DNA from: Candidatus Tayloriibacteriota bacterium
Lineage (GTDB): Bacteria; Patescibacteriota; Minisyncoccia; Phycocordibacterales; PALSA-1337
NCBI GenBank assembly: GCA_037130865.1
Contig: JBAXSG010000002.1
Location: 8,066 to 72,065, forward strand
Length of the DNA stretch: 64,000 nucleotides
Direction: 5' to 3'
A model generated the notes under the pieces. That model did not search any database. It saw only the letters and a program-made list of their open reading frames with translations, and was not told where the DNA came from. Position 1 is the first letter of the stretch, and each line of letters starts with the position of its first letter. The position numbers were made by a program, and so were the translations under genes. Shown in pieces: positions 20,910 to 28,990 of this stretch.

Positions 20910-22424
20910 CTACTTTATGTAAGTCACAACCTTATCACCGGCTACAATACCAGATACGATTTCTGTTGTTCCATTTGAACCCTTCAAGCCCAAGACGACA
21001 TTTACTGCCTTATAGGTTTTTCCATCTTTGTTCATGACGCGTACAGACCTAGTTCCATCGCTATTTATGATAATAGCTCTGGTCGGAACATACAGAACGC
21101 CGTTATGTCTATGAGTCAATATATCAGTATTGGCCGTCATGCCAGAACGAATACGGTCATCTGCTTTAGTAAATTGCAAAGTTACTTTGTAGGTTGGCAC
21201 ACCTTCAAGCATGGTTTCAGCTGGATCTATAAATGTAACCTTAGCGCCAAATATTGTATCTGAACCATAAGCATCCAATGTCACCTCGGCAGTATCACCG
21301 ACTGTGGTCTTAGCTATATCTGCTTCTGGAACATATGCTTCTATCTTATATAAACCTTCACTCTGAACTGCAAAGCCAGCCATTCCAGGAGTAGTATATT
21401 CACCTTCATGAGGATCTGCGCGAGTGACAATACCGTCTATAGGAGAATAAATACGGCCTTTTGAAACAACTGCACTCAAAGAATCAACTGTCGCTTGTTG
21501 TGCGCGGATAGATTCAGAAGACACGCCAGAATTCTTCAGGACGAAACTGTTGTAAACCTCATCATAGCCAGTCTGTGCTTGGTCCAATCCTGCCTTGGCA
21601 GTAGAAACAGATGAGACTGCTTGATTCAATGTACTAAGACCAGTATTCATAATAGCTATATAAGAATCGATGGTCGTCTGAGATAGACTGGAATTGCCTG
21701 GATTCAGATCATTTACAATAACAGACAAATTATCCATAAATATTTTAATACTAGACATAGACTTATCAGCATCACTTAATGCCGATAATGCACTACCTGT
21801 GCTCGAAGAAATCTCTAGACCCGTCTTCCATGTCCTGAAATAATCACTAACCAAAAGACGATTGGAATCTATAGCTTGTTTGTCTGTATCGGATTGTGTA
21901 CGAATGTTTATTGTTGGGTTGGCTGATTGAGGATTCTTAAAAAAATTATCAGCGTAATTTACAACCGCACTTTGTGCTAAGACATAACCACTACTTACAG
22001 CATTTACGGCATTTACTTTTGCATTATTGAGAGCTGCACTGGCGGAATCAACTCTAGCTTTTTCCAACTGGAGTTCTTCTGGGCGTAGAGAACGAGTAAT
22101 ATCGTCCAGTTTCGCTTGAGCAGATGCCAAAGAAGCAACCGCATCGGCATTATCCAAAGAAGCTAGCAGATCCCCCTTTTTTACTTTGTCTCCGACTTTT
22201 ACAAAAATGTGTGCTATGGAACCACTGGAACCAAAAGATAGGTCGGCCTTGTCAACTGGAGATATTTTTCCGGTCACACCAACTTTCTCTATCACATCAC
22301 CAATAGTAGCGACTGAAGATTCAATAGTCGTGGCCGAACCACCTCGTAATAACAAGTAAGCTATAAAAATAACCAAAACAGAAGTCACAGCTATCACATA
22401 TTTATTTTTGAAAAAGTGTTTCAT
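20910..22424 (-). CDS. Efflux membrane-fusion/adaptor protein (MacA-like)
   Basis: N-terminal TM, VKVGDKVKKGDLLASLD, IYSPIDGIV, IRSGMTA. Confidence 0.9.
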   Translation of the reverse strand: MKHFFKNKYVIAVTSVLVIFIAYLLLRGGSATTIESSVATIGDVIEKVGVTGKISPVDKADLSFGSSGSIAHIFVKVGDKVKKGDLLASLDNADAVASLASAQAKLDDITRSLRPEELQLEKARVDSASAALNNAKVNAVNAVSSGYVLAQSAVVNYADNFFKNPQSANPTINIRTQSDTDKQAIDSNRLLVSDYFRTWKTGLEISSSTGSALSALSDADKSMSSIKIFMDNLSVIVNDLNPGNSSLSQTTIDSYIAIMNTGLSTLNQAVSSVSTAKAGLDQAQTGYDEVYNSFVLKNSGVSSESIRAQQATVDSLSAVVSKGRIYSPIDGIVTRADPHEGEYTTPGMAGFAVQSEGLYKIEAYVPEADIAKTTVGDTAEVTLDAYGSDTIFGAKVTFIDPAETMLEGVPTYKVTLQFTKADDRIRSGMTANTDILTHRHNGVLYVPTRAIIINSDGTRSVRVMNKDGKTYKAVNVVLGLKGSNGTTEIVSGIVAGDKVVTYIK

Positions 22425-22436
22425 ATTTTATAAAAA

Positions 22437-23069
22437 TTATTTAGATTCCGTCGCGATGATAGAATCTTTTGCCATATCCGTCGCGTTCTTAGCACCACCC
22501 TCTACCACTTGAACACCTATTCGTTTTTGCAACATGACCCTGACCTCTTCAGCCAAATCTGTATCTATAGGATCAAATATTGTATCTGTGCCATCTTTAC
22601 TACTACTGTTGCTATGACCAGCAGTTGCAAGTACTAGACGGCTCACACCGAAAAACTGATATATGAGTGGCTTGGTAATATCGACATTTTGAATCTGACG
22701 ATAAGGTATAGACACTTCTTTTATATCGAATATTCCTCGTCTTAATTTAAGGTCGAATTCTTCCATAGTAAATGTATAGTTGCGGTGCTCTATGCGAGCG
22801 ATTATATAGCCAATGATGAACCAAAGAACACCTATCGCCAAAGTGATAACTGCCAGAAGAGAAACAACGGATGAGACAATATGATCCGAAGATATATTGC
22901 CATTAGAAAGAAATGTAAAATATCCTGACAGACCTTGACCTATAAAATCTTTCGCCGAGCCTAAGATAACAGCAAGGAGCATCAGAACTGCGGCTGTCGT
23001 CGTCTTCTTGGACAAAAGCAGTAACCAGGTCCTACGGCCTAGATTTTGCTCTACATTTGGAATAATCAT
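22437..23069 (-). CDS. Membrane protein with bacterial PH (bPH_2) domain
   Basis: Two TMs, then LKLRRGIF...SIPYRQIQNVDI...FFGVSRLVLATAG. Confidence 0.8.
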   Translation of the reverse strand: MIIPNVEQNLGRRTWLLLLSKKTTTAAVLMLLAVILGSAKDFIGQGLSGYFTFLSNGNISSDHIVSSVVSLLAVITLAIGVLWFIIGYIIARIEHRNYTFTMEEFDLKLRRGIFDIKEVSIPYRQIQNVDITKPLIYQFFGVSRLVLATAGHSNSSSKDGTDTIFDPIDTDLAEEVRVMLQKRIGVQVVEGGAKNATDMAKDSIIATESK

Positions 23070-23086
23070 GCAAACATTATAACACT

Positions 23087-23956
23087 TCAAGATACAAAAA
23101 TCTCATCAGAAAAATACTCCGATTTCTCAAGCGACATATCATCACGGATAATCATATATTCAAATTCATAAACACCCTTAAATAGATCTGCTGGCACAAA
23201 AAACAAACAAGTGGCAAGTGCGTCAGCCAAAAGTGCTGTCTTGGCTGAAACCCAAACCGCTTTGATGTCTTTCGGTGAAGTCAGTGTCTTCGGGTTTATG
23301 ATATGTGTAAAGTCTCCCCATTTACGACGATTCCCAGCTGAACCACAAATAGCACCATTGCCAAGTAAATAGACCCCAACTACCTGATCTTTGTTGTCTG
23401 GATGTTCAAGACCTATGCGGATAGAATCGCTACCCCTACGAAGAATATCTCCGCCAGCATCTATGCAGTAGCCAAAGATGTCATTATCTTGCAGGACATG
23501 GCCAATCAAATCGATGATATATCCCTTCCCTGCCGCTCCGAAATCCAACATGACCGGCTCCTTCACTAAAAGTTTAGGATGTTTATAATCAAGCACATCA
23601 TCCCATGCTGGTGGTGCTTTCAGTTCTCCGGTCTGTTGCAAAGAATATTTCGCATCATAACCAGCATCCGATAGAAGTCGTCCTGCGAGTGGTGTAAAAA
23701 ATCCACCAGTTCGGATATATAAATCATGGTACAAAGAAAGCATAGTCTCCGCATCTCGAGGCAATAAGAAAGTTCCAGCTTCTTTTGAAATCTTGGTGAC
23801 CAGAGAATCATCACGAAAACGCGAATATACTTTTTCGAAATCCTCTATGCGTAGTTTTATCTTCGACAAGAGATCTGCTTCTTCGGCTTTATCTAGGTCT
23901 CTATATATATCTATATGCCATGTCGTACCTACTGCTTTGAAGTCAAATTGCACCAT
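23087..23956 (-). CDS. apbE: FAD:protein FMN transferase (ApbE family)
   Basis: KAVGT, YSRFRDDS, LDFGAAGKGY, DAGGD, HIINPKT, ADALAT. Confidence 0.93.
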   Translation of the reverse strand: MVQFDFKAVGTTWHIDIYRDLDKAEEADLLSKIKLRIEDFEKVYSRFRDDSLVTKISKEAGTFLLPRDAETMLSLYHDLYIRTGGFFTPLAGRLLSDAGYDAKYSLQQTGELKAPPAWDDVLDYKHPKLLVKEPVMLDFGAAGKGYIIDLIGHVLQDNDIFGYCIDAGGDILRRGSDSIRIGLEHPDNKDQVVGVYLLGNGAICGSAGNRRKWGDFTHIINPKTLTSPKDIKAVWVSAKTALLADALATCLFFVPADLFKGVYEFEYMIIRDDMSLEKSEYFSDEIFVS

Positions 23957-23977
23957 ATAAAATAATGCTTGTGCGTA

Positions 23978-24541
23978 TTAAGCTTTTGCTTGTGCTTTTA
24001 TTTGAGAGAGGGCGTTATTGAAACCAATCGGAGTCAATGAGGAACCAGAAATTCTTGTCAGGTTTAAAGTCGAGATGTCTTGACCGACAACATATGACTG
24101 ATAACCAGAGAGGAATCTGCTTATGTATTTCTGTGAAGTACGATCTGCTGATTGTACAGTAACAGATGCAGAAGTGACGATATCGTTAGCAATAGTCAAT
24201 GTAACCAATAATTGGTCCTGTCCACCTGGAGACATGTATGATCCATTGGCAGAATAGGTGCCGTTTTTATAAGCATAAACAGATTTCTTCGTAATAGCAG
24301 GTGGTGGTGTCGTAGAGACGACTGGTTTATTGACAACTGCAGGTGTGTTCACTACCCCTCCATCCTCATCACTCTCTTCAGAATCTCCATAAGAAACCTG
24401 TAAAGGGGTTGTTGGTGCTGAGACTGGTGGTGTAACAGATTTTGAATGATTTCCAAATAATATCGTCGACCCTATCACTCCTACAATGACTACAACGCTA
24501 ATAGCTATACCTATATTTTTTTGAGAAATTCCTTGTTCCAT
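23978..24541 (-). CDS. Membrane-anchored FMN-binding domain protein (probable ApbE substrate)
   Basis: TM, Pro/Thr linker, YKNGTY..., C-terminal ISGSSLT resembling the [S/T]GA[S/T] flavinylation site; adjacent to apbE. Confidence 0.75.
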   Translation of the reverse strand: MEQGISQKNIGIAISVVVIVGVIGSTILFGNHSKSVTPPVSAPTTPLQVSYGDSEESDEDGGVVNTPAVVNKPVVSTTPPPAITKKSVYAYKNGTYSANGSYMSPGGQDQLLVTLTIANDIVTSASVTVQSADRTSQKYISRFLSGYQSYVVGQDISTLNLTRISGSSLTPIGFNNALSQIKAQAKA

Positions 24542-24951
24542 TATCTTAAATAATTAATCTGATTCTGTTTTCTTTGTATGCAAAGCAGATCAGGTCCATT
24601 CATAAATACCACAAAAGTTGCTACTGCCAAGCCGAGATCACGAACGCCAATCTCTCCATATCCAACGACCCACATGATATCAAAGAGATGTAGGGATAAC
24701 AAAAGAGCTGCTAGTCTTGTCTGCCAACCAAAGAGAAGCATCAGACCGAAGACTAACTCAAACAATGCATTGAAATAAACCAGGACAGTAGCGTCCATAT
24801 GTGATATAGATACAATCGAATCTGGAACAAATGCTGTCCATGCACTAGCATTTATGAGTTGCTGAAGACTAAACCACAAGATTACAGCTACCATACCGTA
24901 ACGAAGCACACTCGGACTGTATAGTTCAATGAATGAAATGAATTTTTGCAT
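24541..24951 (-). CDS. DoxX-family membrane protein
   Basis: VLRYGM, FELVFGLMLLFGWQTRLAA, VRDLGL. Confidence 0.82.
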   Translation of the reverse strand: MQKFISFIELYSPSVLRYGMVAVILWFSLQQLINASAWTAFVPDSIVSISHMDATVLVYFNALFELVFGLMLLFGWQTRLAALLLSLHLFDIMWVVGYGEIGVRDLGLAVATFVVFMNGPDLLCIQRKQNQINYLR

Positions 24952-24970
24952 ATATTTATTGTACCATATA

Positions 24971-24999
24971 TGTACGAGTGTATCGGAAAATTTGGTGCG
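24971..24999 (-). promoter_or_regulatory. Candidate ECF-sigma promoter CGCACCA-N15-TCGTACA for doxX-FMN-apbE
   Basis: Matches the 5018-5046 motif in both boxes and spacer length. Confidence 0.55.
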
Positions 25000-25062
25000 C
25001 CACTACCTTGTATTGTGGGGTTTTTTGCGATATTCTGCATGATGTTAGTCAGTAGTCTGTAA

Positions 25063-25183
25063 ATTGCGGGATCATGTACGGTTCTCTTAAAATACAACAT
25101 TGCGGGATCATGTACGGTTCTCTTAAAATACAACATTGCGGGATCATGTACGGTTCTCTTAAAATACAACATTGCGGGATCAT
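25063..25183 (+). repeat. Exact 36-bp tandem repeat x3 plus a 13-nt partial copy
   Basis: ATTGCGGGATCATGTACGGTTCTCTTAAAATACAAC at 25063, 25099 and 25135; the partial copy at 25171 runs into the tRNA 5' end. Confidence 0.95.
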
Positions 25184-25243
25184 CTAATGGTAGGATGCGA
25201 CTCTCTGAAAGTCGTCATCTTGGTTCGAATCCAAGTCCCGCAG
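25173..25243 (+). tRNA. tRNA-Gln(CTG)
   Basis: Acceptor TGCGGGA/TCCCGCA, anticodon arm CGACT-CTCTGAA-AGTCG, T arm CTTGG-TTCGAAT-CCAAG; CCA not encoded. Confidence 0.93.
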
Positions 25244-26630
25244 CTATTTCGTTCGGAACAAACTCAAAATTTCCCGACGACAACGTTCGCTCGCCCAGCC
25301 CCGCTTGTGGCGGGGCTGGGCTCGCATTTGCGGCGGCTTCGCCGCCGTTCTGGGGCAAAATGAAGCGGAATTTAATCGTTTCGGGCGAGTAAAAAATGTT
25401 TGAAAGAAATTTTTTAGCAAAAAGATTTCTTTCAATTCCTTTTGTTTTTTTGATTCCGTCAACGAAAAATTTTAGAGTGCGTGTGAGGTTTTCGGCGGAA
25501 AATTTAGAGCATTCGTCTGTTAGTTCGTGTCCTTCTCGGTGTCCAGCATTTGTGTCGTTGTTTAATCGGAAAACAAGATTTTCGATATAGTTTTTATCCA
25601 CCAAAATTCGTTCTAAATTTTCCAAACAAAAATTTTCCAATCGTTCGGCGGACACTTGTTTTACGGGACAAGTTTGCCAATCAAATTTAGTCGTAGAAGT
25701 GCAACGATAATAATAATATCGGCGGTTAAATTTTCCGTTTGTGTGTTTGTTGCTAAAACTCGCGCTCATACTTGAGCCACAACTTTCACATTTTATCAGT
25801 CCGCCGAAAAGAAAATTTTTGTAAACTCTAAAATTTTTCAGTTTTTCCTTATGGATTTTTTGAGCAAGAGCAAAAATTTCTTCTGAAATTATTGGCTCGT
25901 GTATTCCTTGATAAATTTCGCTATTATGTTTAACTTTTCCGATATAAACTGGATTTCGTAAAAGGTAAGCAATAATCGTTTTTGAGAAATTTTTGCCATA
26001 CTTACTTTTTATGCCTTGCTTCTTTAAATTTTTGTAGGTTTCTGCCAACGAGCCAGTTTCAACATAAGTTTCAAAAATTGATTTTATTTCCTTTGCTTCT
26101 TTCGGATTGACGACAATTTTTTTGTTTTCTCGCGAATATCCATAAGGAGTAAAACCGCCATTGCACAAACCTTTTTTAGCTCGCTCTAACATTTTATCTC
26201 TGGTTCTTTCACTTGTCAGCTCTCGCTCAAACTGCGAAAAAGTAAGCATTATATTTCGCAAAAGCCGACCTGCTGGTGTAGAAGTGTCGAATCTTTCCGT
26301 AATGGAAATAAAATCAATTTTTGCTTGCTCAAAAAGTTCAATCAGTTGGTAAAAATCTTTCGGCGAACGAGTGAGCCGATCAATTTTATAAACCAAAACC
26401 ACATCAATTTTTTCTTTTTTCAAATCCGAAAGCAACTCCTGAATTTTAGGTCGTTGCAGGGTTGCCCCTGAAAATCCAGCGTCATTGTAAATTTTGAAAA
26501 CTTGCCAATTATTTTGGCTGGCGATAAACGAGCGAATTTTTTGCTCTTGGGCTTCGCAAGACGAAAATTCTTTTTCCGCTTGCATATCAGTTGAAACACG
26601 AGTATAAACTGCGCAATTTTTTGTTTGCAT
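25215..26630 (-). CDS. Large serine recombinase (resolvase, recombinase and Zn-ribbon domains)
   Basis: YTRVS catalytic Ser, VYKIDRLTRS, FSQFERE, PYGY, LRNPVYIG, HEPII, CESC...YYRC...C. Confidence 0.95.
   Translation of the reverse strand: MQTKNCAVYTRVSTDMQAEKEFSSCEAQEQKIRSFIASQNNWQVFKIYNDAGFSGATLQRPKIQELLSDLKKEKIDVVLVYKIDRLTRSPKDFYQLIELFEQAKIDFISITERFDTSTPAGRLLRNIMLTFSQFERELTSERTRDKMLERAKKGLCNGGFTPYGYSRENKKIVVNPKEAKEIKSIFETYVETGSLAETYKNLKKQGIKSKYGKNFSKTIIAYLLRNPVYIGKVKHNSEIYQGIHEPIISEEIFALAQKIHKEKLKNFRVYKNFLFGGLIKCESCGSSMSASFSNKHTNGKFNRRYYYYRCTSTTKFDWQTCPVKQVSAERLENFCLENLERILVDKNYIENLVFRLNNDTNAGHREGHELTDECSKFSAENLTRTLKFFVDGIKKTKGIERNLFAKKFLSNIFYSPETIKFRFILPQNGGEAAANASPAPPQAGLGERTLSSGNFEFVPNEIAAGLGFEPR
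25240..25392. repeat. Left 153-bp inverted repeat (encodes the recombinase C-terminus; two GC hairpins)
   Basis: GCAGCTATTTCG...GGGCGAGTAA, read as a perfect inverse of 26792-26944. Confidence 0.93.
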
Positions 26631-26755
26631 ATTTTTTTAACCAAAAGGGCAACCCTGTCGCACCAACCGTGAAGCACACGATTGAACAGAAGTTGCCCGT
26701 CTGGTGATACAATTTTATTTATTATATCAAAACGGTGCTTCAATTTGGTTGGTGC
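26631..26755 (-). ncRNA. Candidate structured 5' leader RNA of the recombinase gene
   Basis: Nested stems 26747-55/26660-68, 26735-41/26671-77 and 26721-29/26705-13, plus a crossing pair 26692-98/26647-53; TGGTATAAT ends 6 nt upstream of the first stem. Confidence 0.5.
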
Positions 26756-26791
26756 AATTTCATTATACCAAAGATTTGAAAAAAGAAAAAA

Positions 26792-26944
26792 TTACTCGCC
26801 CGAAACGATTAAATTCCGCTTCATTTTGCCCCAGAACGGCGGCGAAGCCGCCGCAAATGCGAGCCCAGCCCCGCCACAAGCGGGGCTGGGCGAGCGAACG
26901 TTGTCGTCGGGAAATTTTGAGTTTGTTCCGAACGAAATAGCTGC
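26792..26944. repeat. Right 153-bp inverted repeat
   Basis: Translates on the + strand to the same YSPETIKFRF...NEIAA peptide, followed by E-stop (TAA 26949-26951). Confidence 0.93.
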
Positions 26945-26966
26945 CGAATAATTTTGTTATAAACAA

Positions 26967-27476
26967 ATGAAACAAATTGCATTAATTAACAAGGAAAATG
27001 TTTCGCCTGAAGAGGCTGAAAAGTTTTCTGTTAGAGAGGCATCGCGTGCAATAGTTTTTGATGATAACAAGATGGTTGCCTTACTTCATGCTACAAATTA
27101 TGGCTATCATAAGCTGCCGGGTGGAGGTATTGAGAAAGGTGAAGATCCAGAAACTGCCATGAAGCGTGAGTGTGTCGAGGAAATTGGCTGCACAGTTAAG
27201 GTTATAAGTGAATTGGGTAAGATTCTTGAATATAGGAAGAAATATAATTTACGTCAGACATCCTATTGTTACATAGCGGAGGTTGTTGGTAAAAAGGGAG
27301 CACCAAATCTAATGGAAGATGAGATGGAAGAAGGCTTTCAAACTATTTGGATGCCACTCAAAGAAGCATATGAGATGGTTCGTAATAGTGATACTAATGG
27401 AATATATGAGGCTCAATATATGGTTGCAAGGGATACAGCTTTCCTTCAGGCAGCCGTAGACTCAATGCTACTGTGA
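26967..27476 (+). CDS. NUDIX hydrolase
   Basis: LPGGGIEKGEDPETAMKRECVEEIG. Confidence 0.92.
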   Translation: MKQIALINKENVSPEEAEKFSVREASRAIVFDDNKMVALLHATNYGYHKLPGGGIEKGEDPETAMKRECVEEIGCTVKVISELGKILEYRKKYNLRQTSYCYIAEVVGKKGAPNLMEDEMEEGFQTIWMPLKEAYEMVRNSDTNGIYEAQYMVARDTAFLQAAVDSMLL

Positions 27477-27584
27477 CAGATGCTCGTATTCTAAACAGTA
27501 TTTTGCTGACCTAGGTGCGTCAGAAATTGCACAAGGAAAATGATACAATATGCTTACATGGTCTTGCTCTGGATGAATATAAAA

Positions 27585-27827
27585 ATGAAAAATAATAAAA
27601 TCTGGTTTGTTAATAAGACTTATGGATATGGATGGACTCCATCTACCTGGGAAGGATGGCTCGTCTTATTTTTGTGGCTTATTATTTTTATACCATTAAC
27701 CTTGTTTGTAAAATATAATTTGGTCTTGAGTATGATAGGGATATTCTTCATCACTGGCCTTTTGCTATTTATCTGCTATAAGAAAGGCGAAAAGCCTCGT
27801 TGGCAGTGGGGAAAAAGAAAAGAATAA
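27585..27827 (+). CDS. Small 2-TM membrane protein
   Basis: WFVNKTYGYGWTPSTWEGW...KGEKPRWQWG. Confidence 0.75.
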   Translation: MKNNKIWFVNKTYGYGWTPSTWEGWLVLFLWLIIFIPLTLFVKYNLVLSMIGIFFITGLLLFICYKKGEKPRWQWGKRKE

Positions 27828-27842
27828 GATATAATAATACAT

Positions 27843-28238
27843 ATGAAAGCTTATGACTGGTATAAATCTCTTTTGAAACCGAGCTGGGCGCCACCATCTT
27901 GGCTTTTTGGACCTGTGTGGTCAGTCTTATATATACTCATTGCAGCATCCTATGGATATGTGGTCTATCTGTATTTCACGAAAAAAATTTCATTCATTAT
28001 CTTGTTGCCATTCATTCTGAATATAATCTTCAACCTAATTTTTACCTCAATACAATTCGGCTTAAAAAATAATTTTCTAGCTGGAGTAGACATCCTTTTG
28101 GTACTTGGTACCCTAATCTGGGCACTCATTGCCATCTATCCTTATGCAAAATGGGTTACTTTTATCAATACTCCATACCTACTCTGGGTCTGCTTTGCAA
28201 CTTTTCTCCAACTCACAATCACTTTCCTAAATATGTAA
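27843..28238 (+). CDS. tspO: TspO/MBR-family tryptophan-rich membrane protein
   Basis: WYKSLLKPSWAPPSWLFGPVWSVLY, PYLLWVCFATFL. Confidence 0.92.
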   Translation: MKAYDWYKSLLKPSWAPPSWLFGPVWSVLYILIAASYGYVVYLYFTKKISFIILLPFILNIIFNLIFTSIQFGLKNNFLAGVDILLVLGTLIWALIAIYPYAKWVTFINTPYLLWVCFATFLQLTITFLNM

Positions 28239-28270
28239 AAAGGCCGCTATTGGTATATAATATGTAGTAT

Positions 28271-28969
28271 ATGAAAATAACTACATCACAACTGTTCCCT
28301 AATATATTAAGAATTATCATCCTTGGGGTTATTGCTCTTATCTTGAGTCTCTATTCCATCTCCCCTGTTCCAGATAAAAACCTACCACAAGGTATGTCCA
28401 AACAAGATCAGATAAATCTGAAAAATTCCGTATTATCGTCATTACAGTCACAAAGAGCATCTAGCACCGAATCCTTGTTGGACCAATACATATCTACACT
28501 TTGTGGTATCGACAATTTCAAAATTGTAACTGTGACAGGTACAAAAGCCGGCACAGTCCTCCCTTCCAGCACTGTCTCGGCCGCTGGTATAAGACAGCTT
28601 GCTCCAACGGTGTGTATGAATACATTTGTCGGAAACTATAAGAAAATGTTCGTCGCCCAAGGTGCTGGTACAAATGGATCATGGTTCAACACATCTTCTC
28701 CAGATGGCAATATCTCCATATATGCAAATACAAAAGAGATATCAGACCTTGGTCAGGATGTCCTCATCCTCGAAGAAAGAGATGTTATGAAGATAAAAGG
28801 TGAAGTATCTATAAGCCAATTCAAGATATTCAAGGATTCCATGCTCAAGAAAAGTTCCGTGACTATGACTTTGACTGAAACAAAACCTCTCTTGGATAAA
28901 AGCCTCGAAGACCTCCAAAAACAATACCCTAAGAGCTGGAATAGTGCAGAGTTTCAATATCAGATGTAA
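28271..28969 (+). CDS. Hypothetical exported or membrane-anchored protein
   Basis: N-terminal TM; 232-aa open frame. Confidence 0.7.
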   Translation: MKITTSQLFPNILRIIILGVIALILSLYSISPVPDKNLPQGMSKQDQINLKNSVLSSLQSQRASSTESLLDQYISTLCGIDNFKIVTVTGTKAGTVLPSSTVSAAGIRQLAPTVCMNTFVGNYKKMFVAQGAGTNGSWFNTSSPDGNISIYANTKEISDLGQDVLILEERDVMKIKGEVSISQFKIFKDSMLKKSSVTMTLTETKPLLDKSLEDLQKQYPKSWNSAEFQYQM

Positions 28970-28990
28970 ATATGCTAGGATAACTCCATT

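Larger units (their letters stand above)
25240..26944. mobile_element. tRNA-adjacent serine-recombinase cassette bounded by 153-bp inverted repeats
   Basis: IR-L 25240-25392 is the reverse complement of IR-R 26792-26944; the interior is AT-rich with long A/T runs unlike flanking genes. Confidence 0.7.

Noticed and set aside
24888-25172. 94-aa ORF with MLYFKRTVHDPA repeats
   Set aside because: By-product of the 36-bp tandem repeat; it overlaps doxX and its promoter
25063-25183. CRISPR array (36-nt repeat; reverse strand starts GTTGTA and ends CAAT like some type II-C repeats)
   Set aside because: The copies are head-to-tail with no spacers, there are no cas genes in the window, and the unit overlaps the tRNA 5' end
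26682-26951. 89-aa + strand ORF sharing the recombinase C-terminus, and other short ORFs over the IRs
   Set aside because: Explained by IR-R; its N-terminal half is antisense to the leader. Treated as an alternative tail, not a gene
26945-28969. NUDIX/TspO genes as cargo bounded by an attR copy of tRNA-Gln
   Set aside because: No direct repeat of the tRNA 3' end was found downstream by eye
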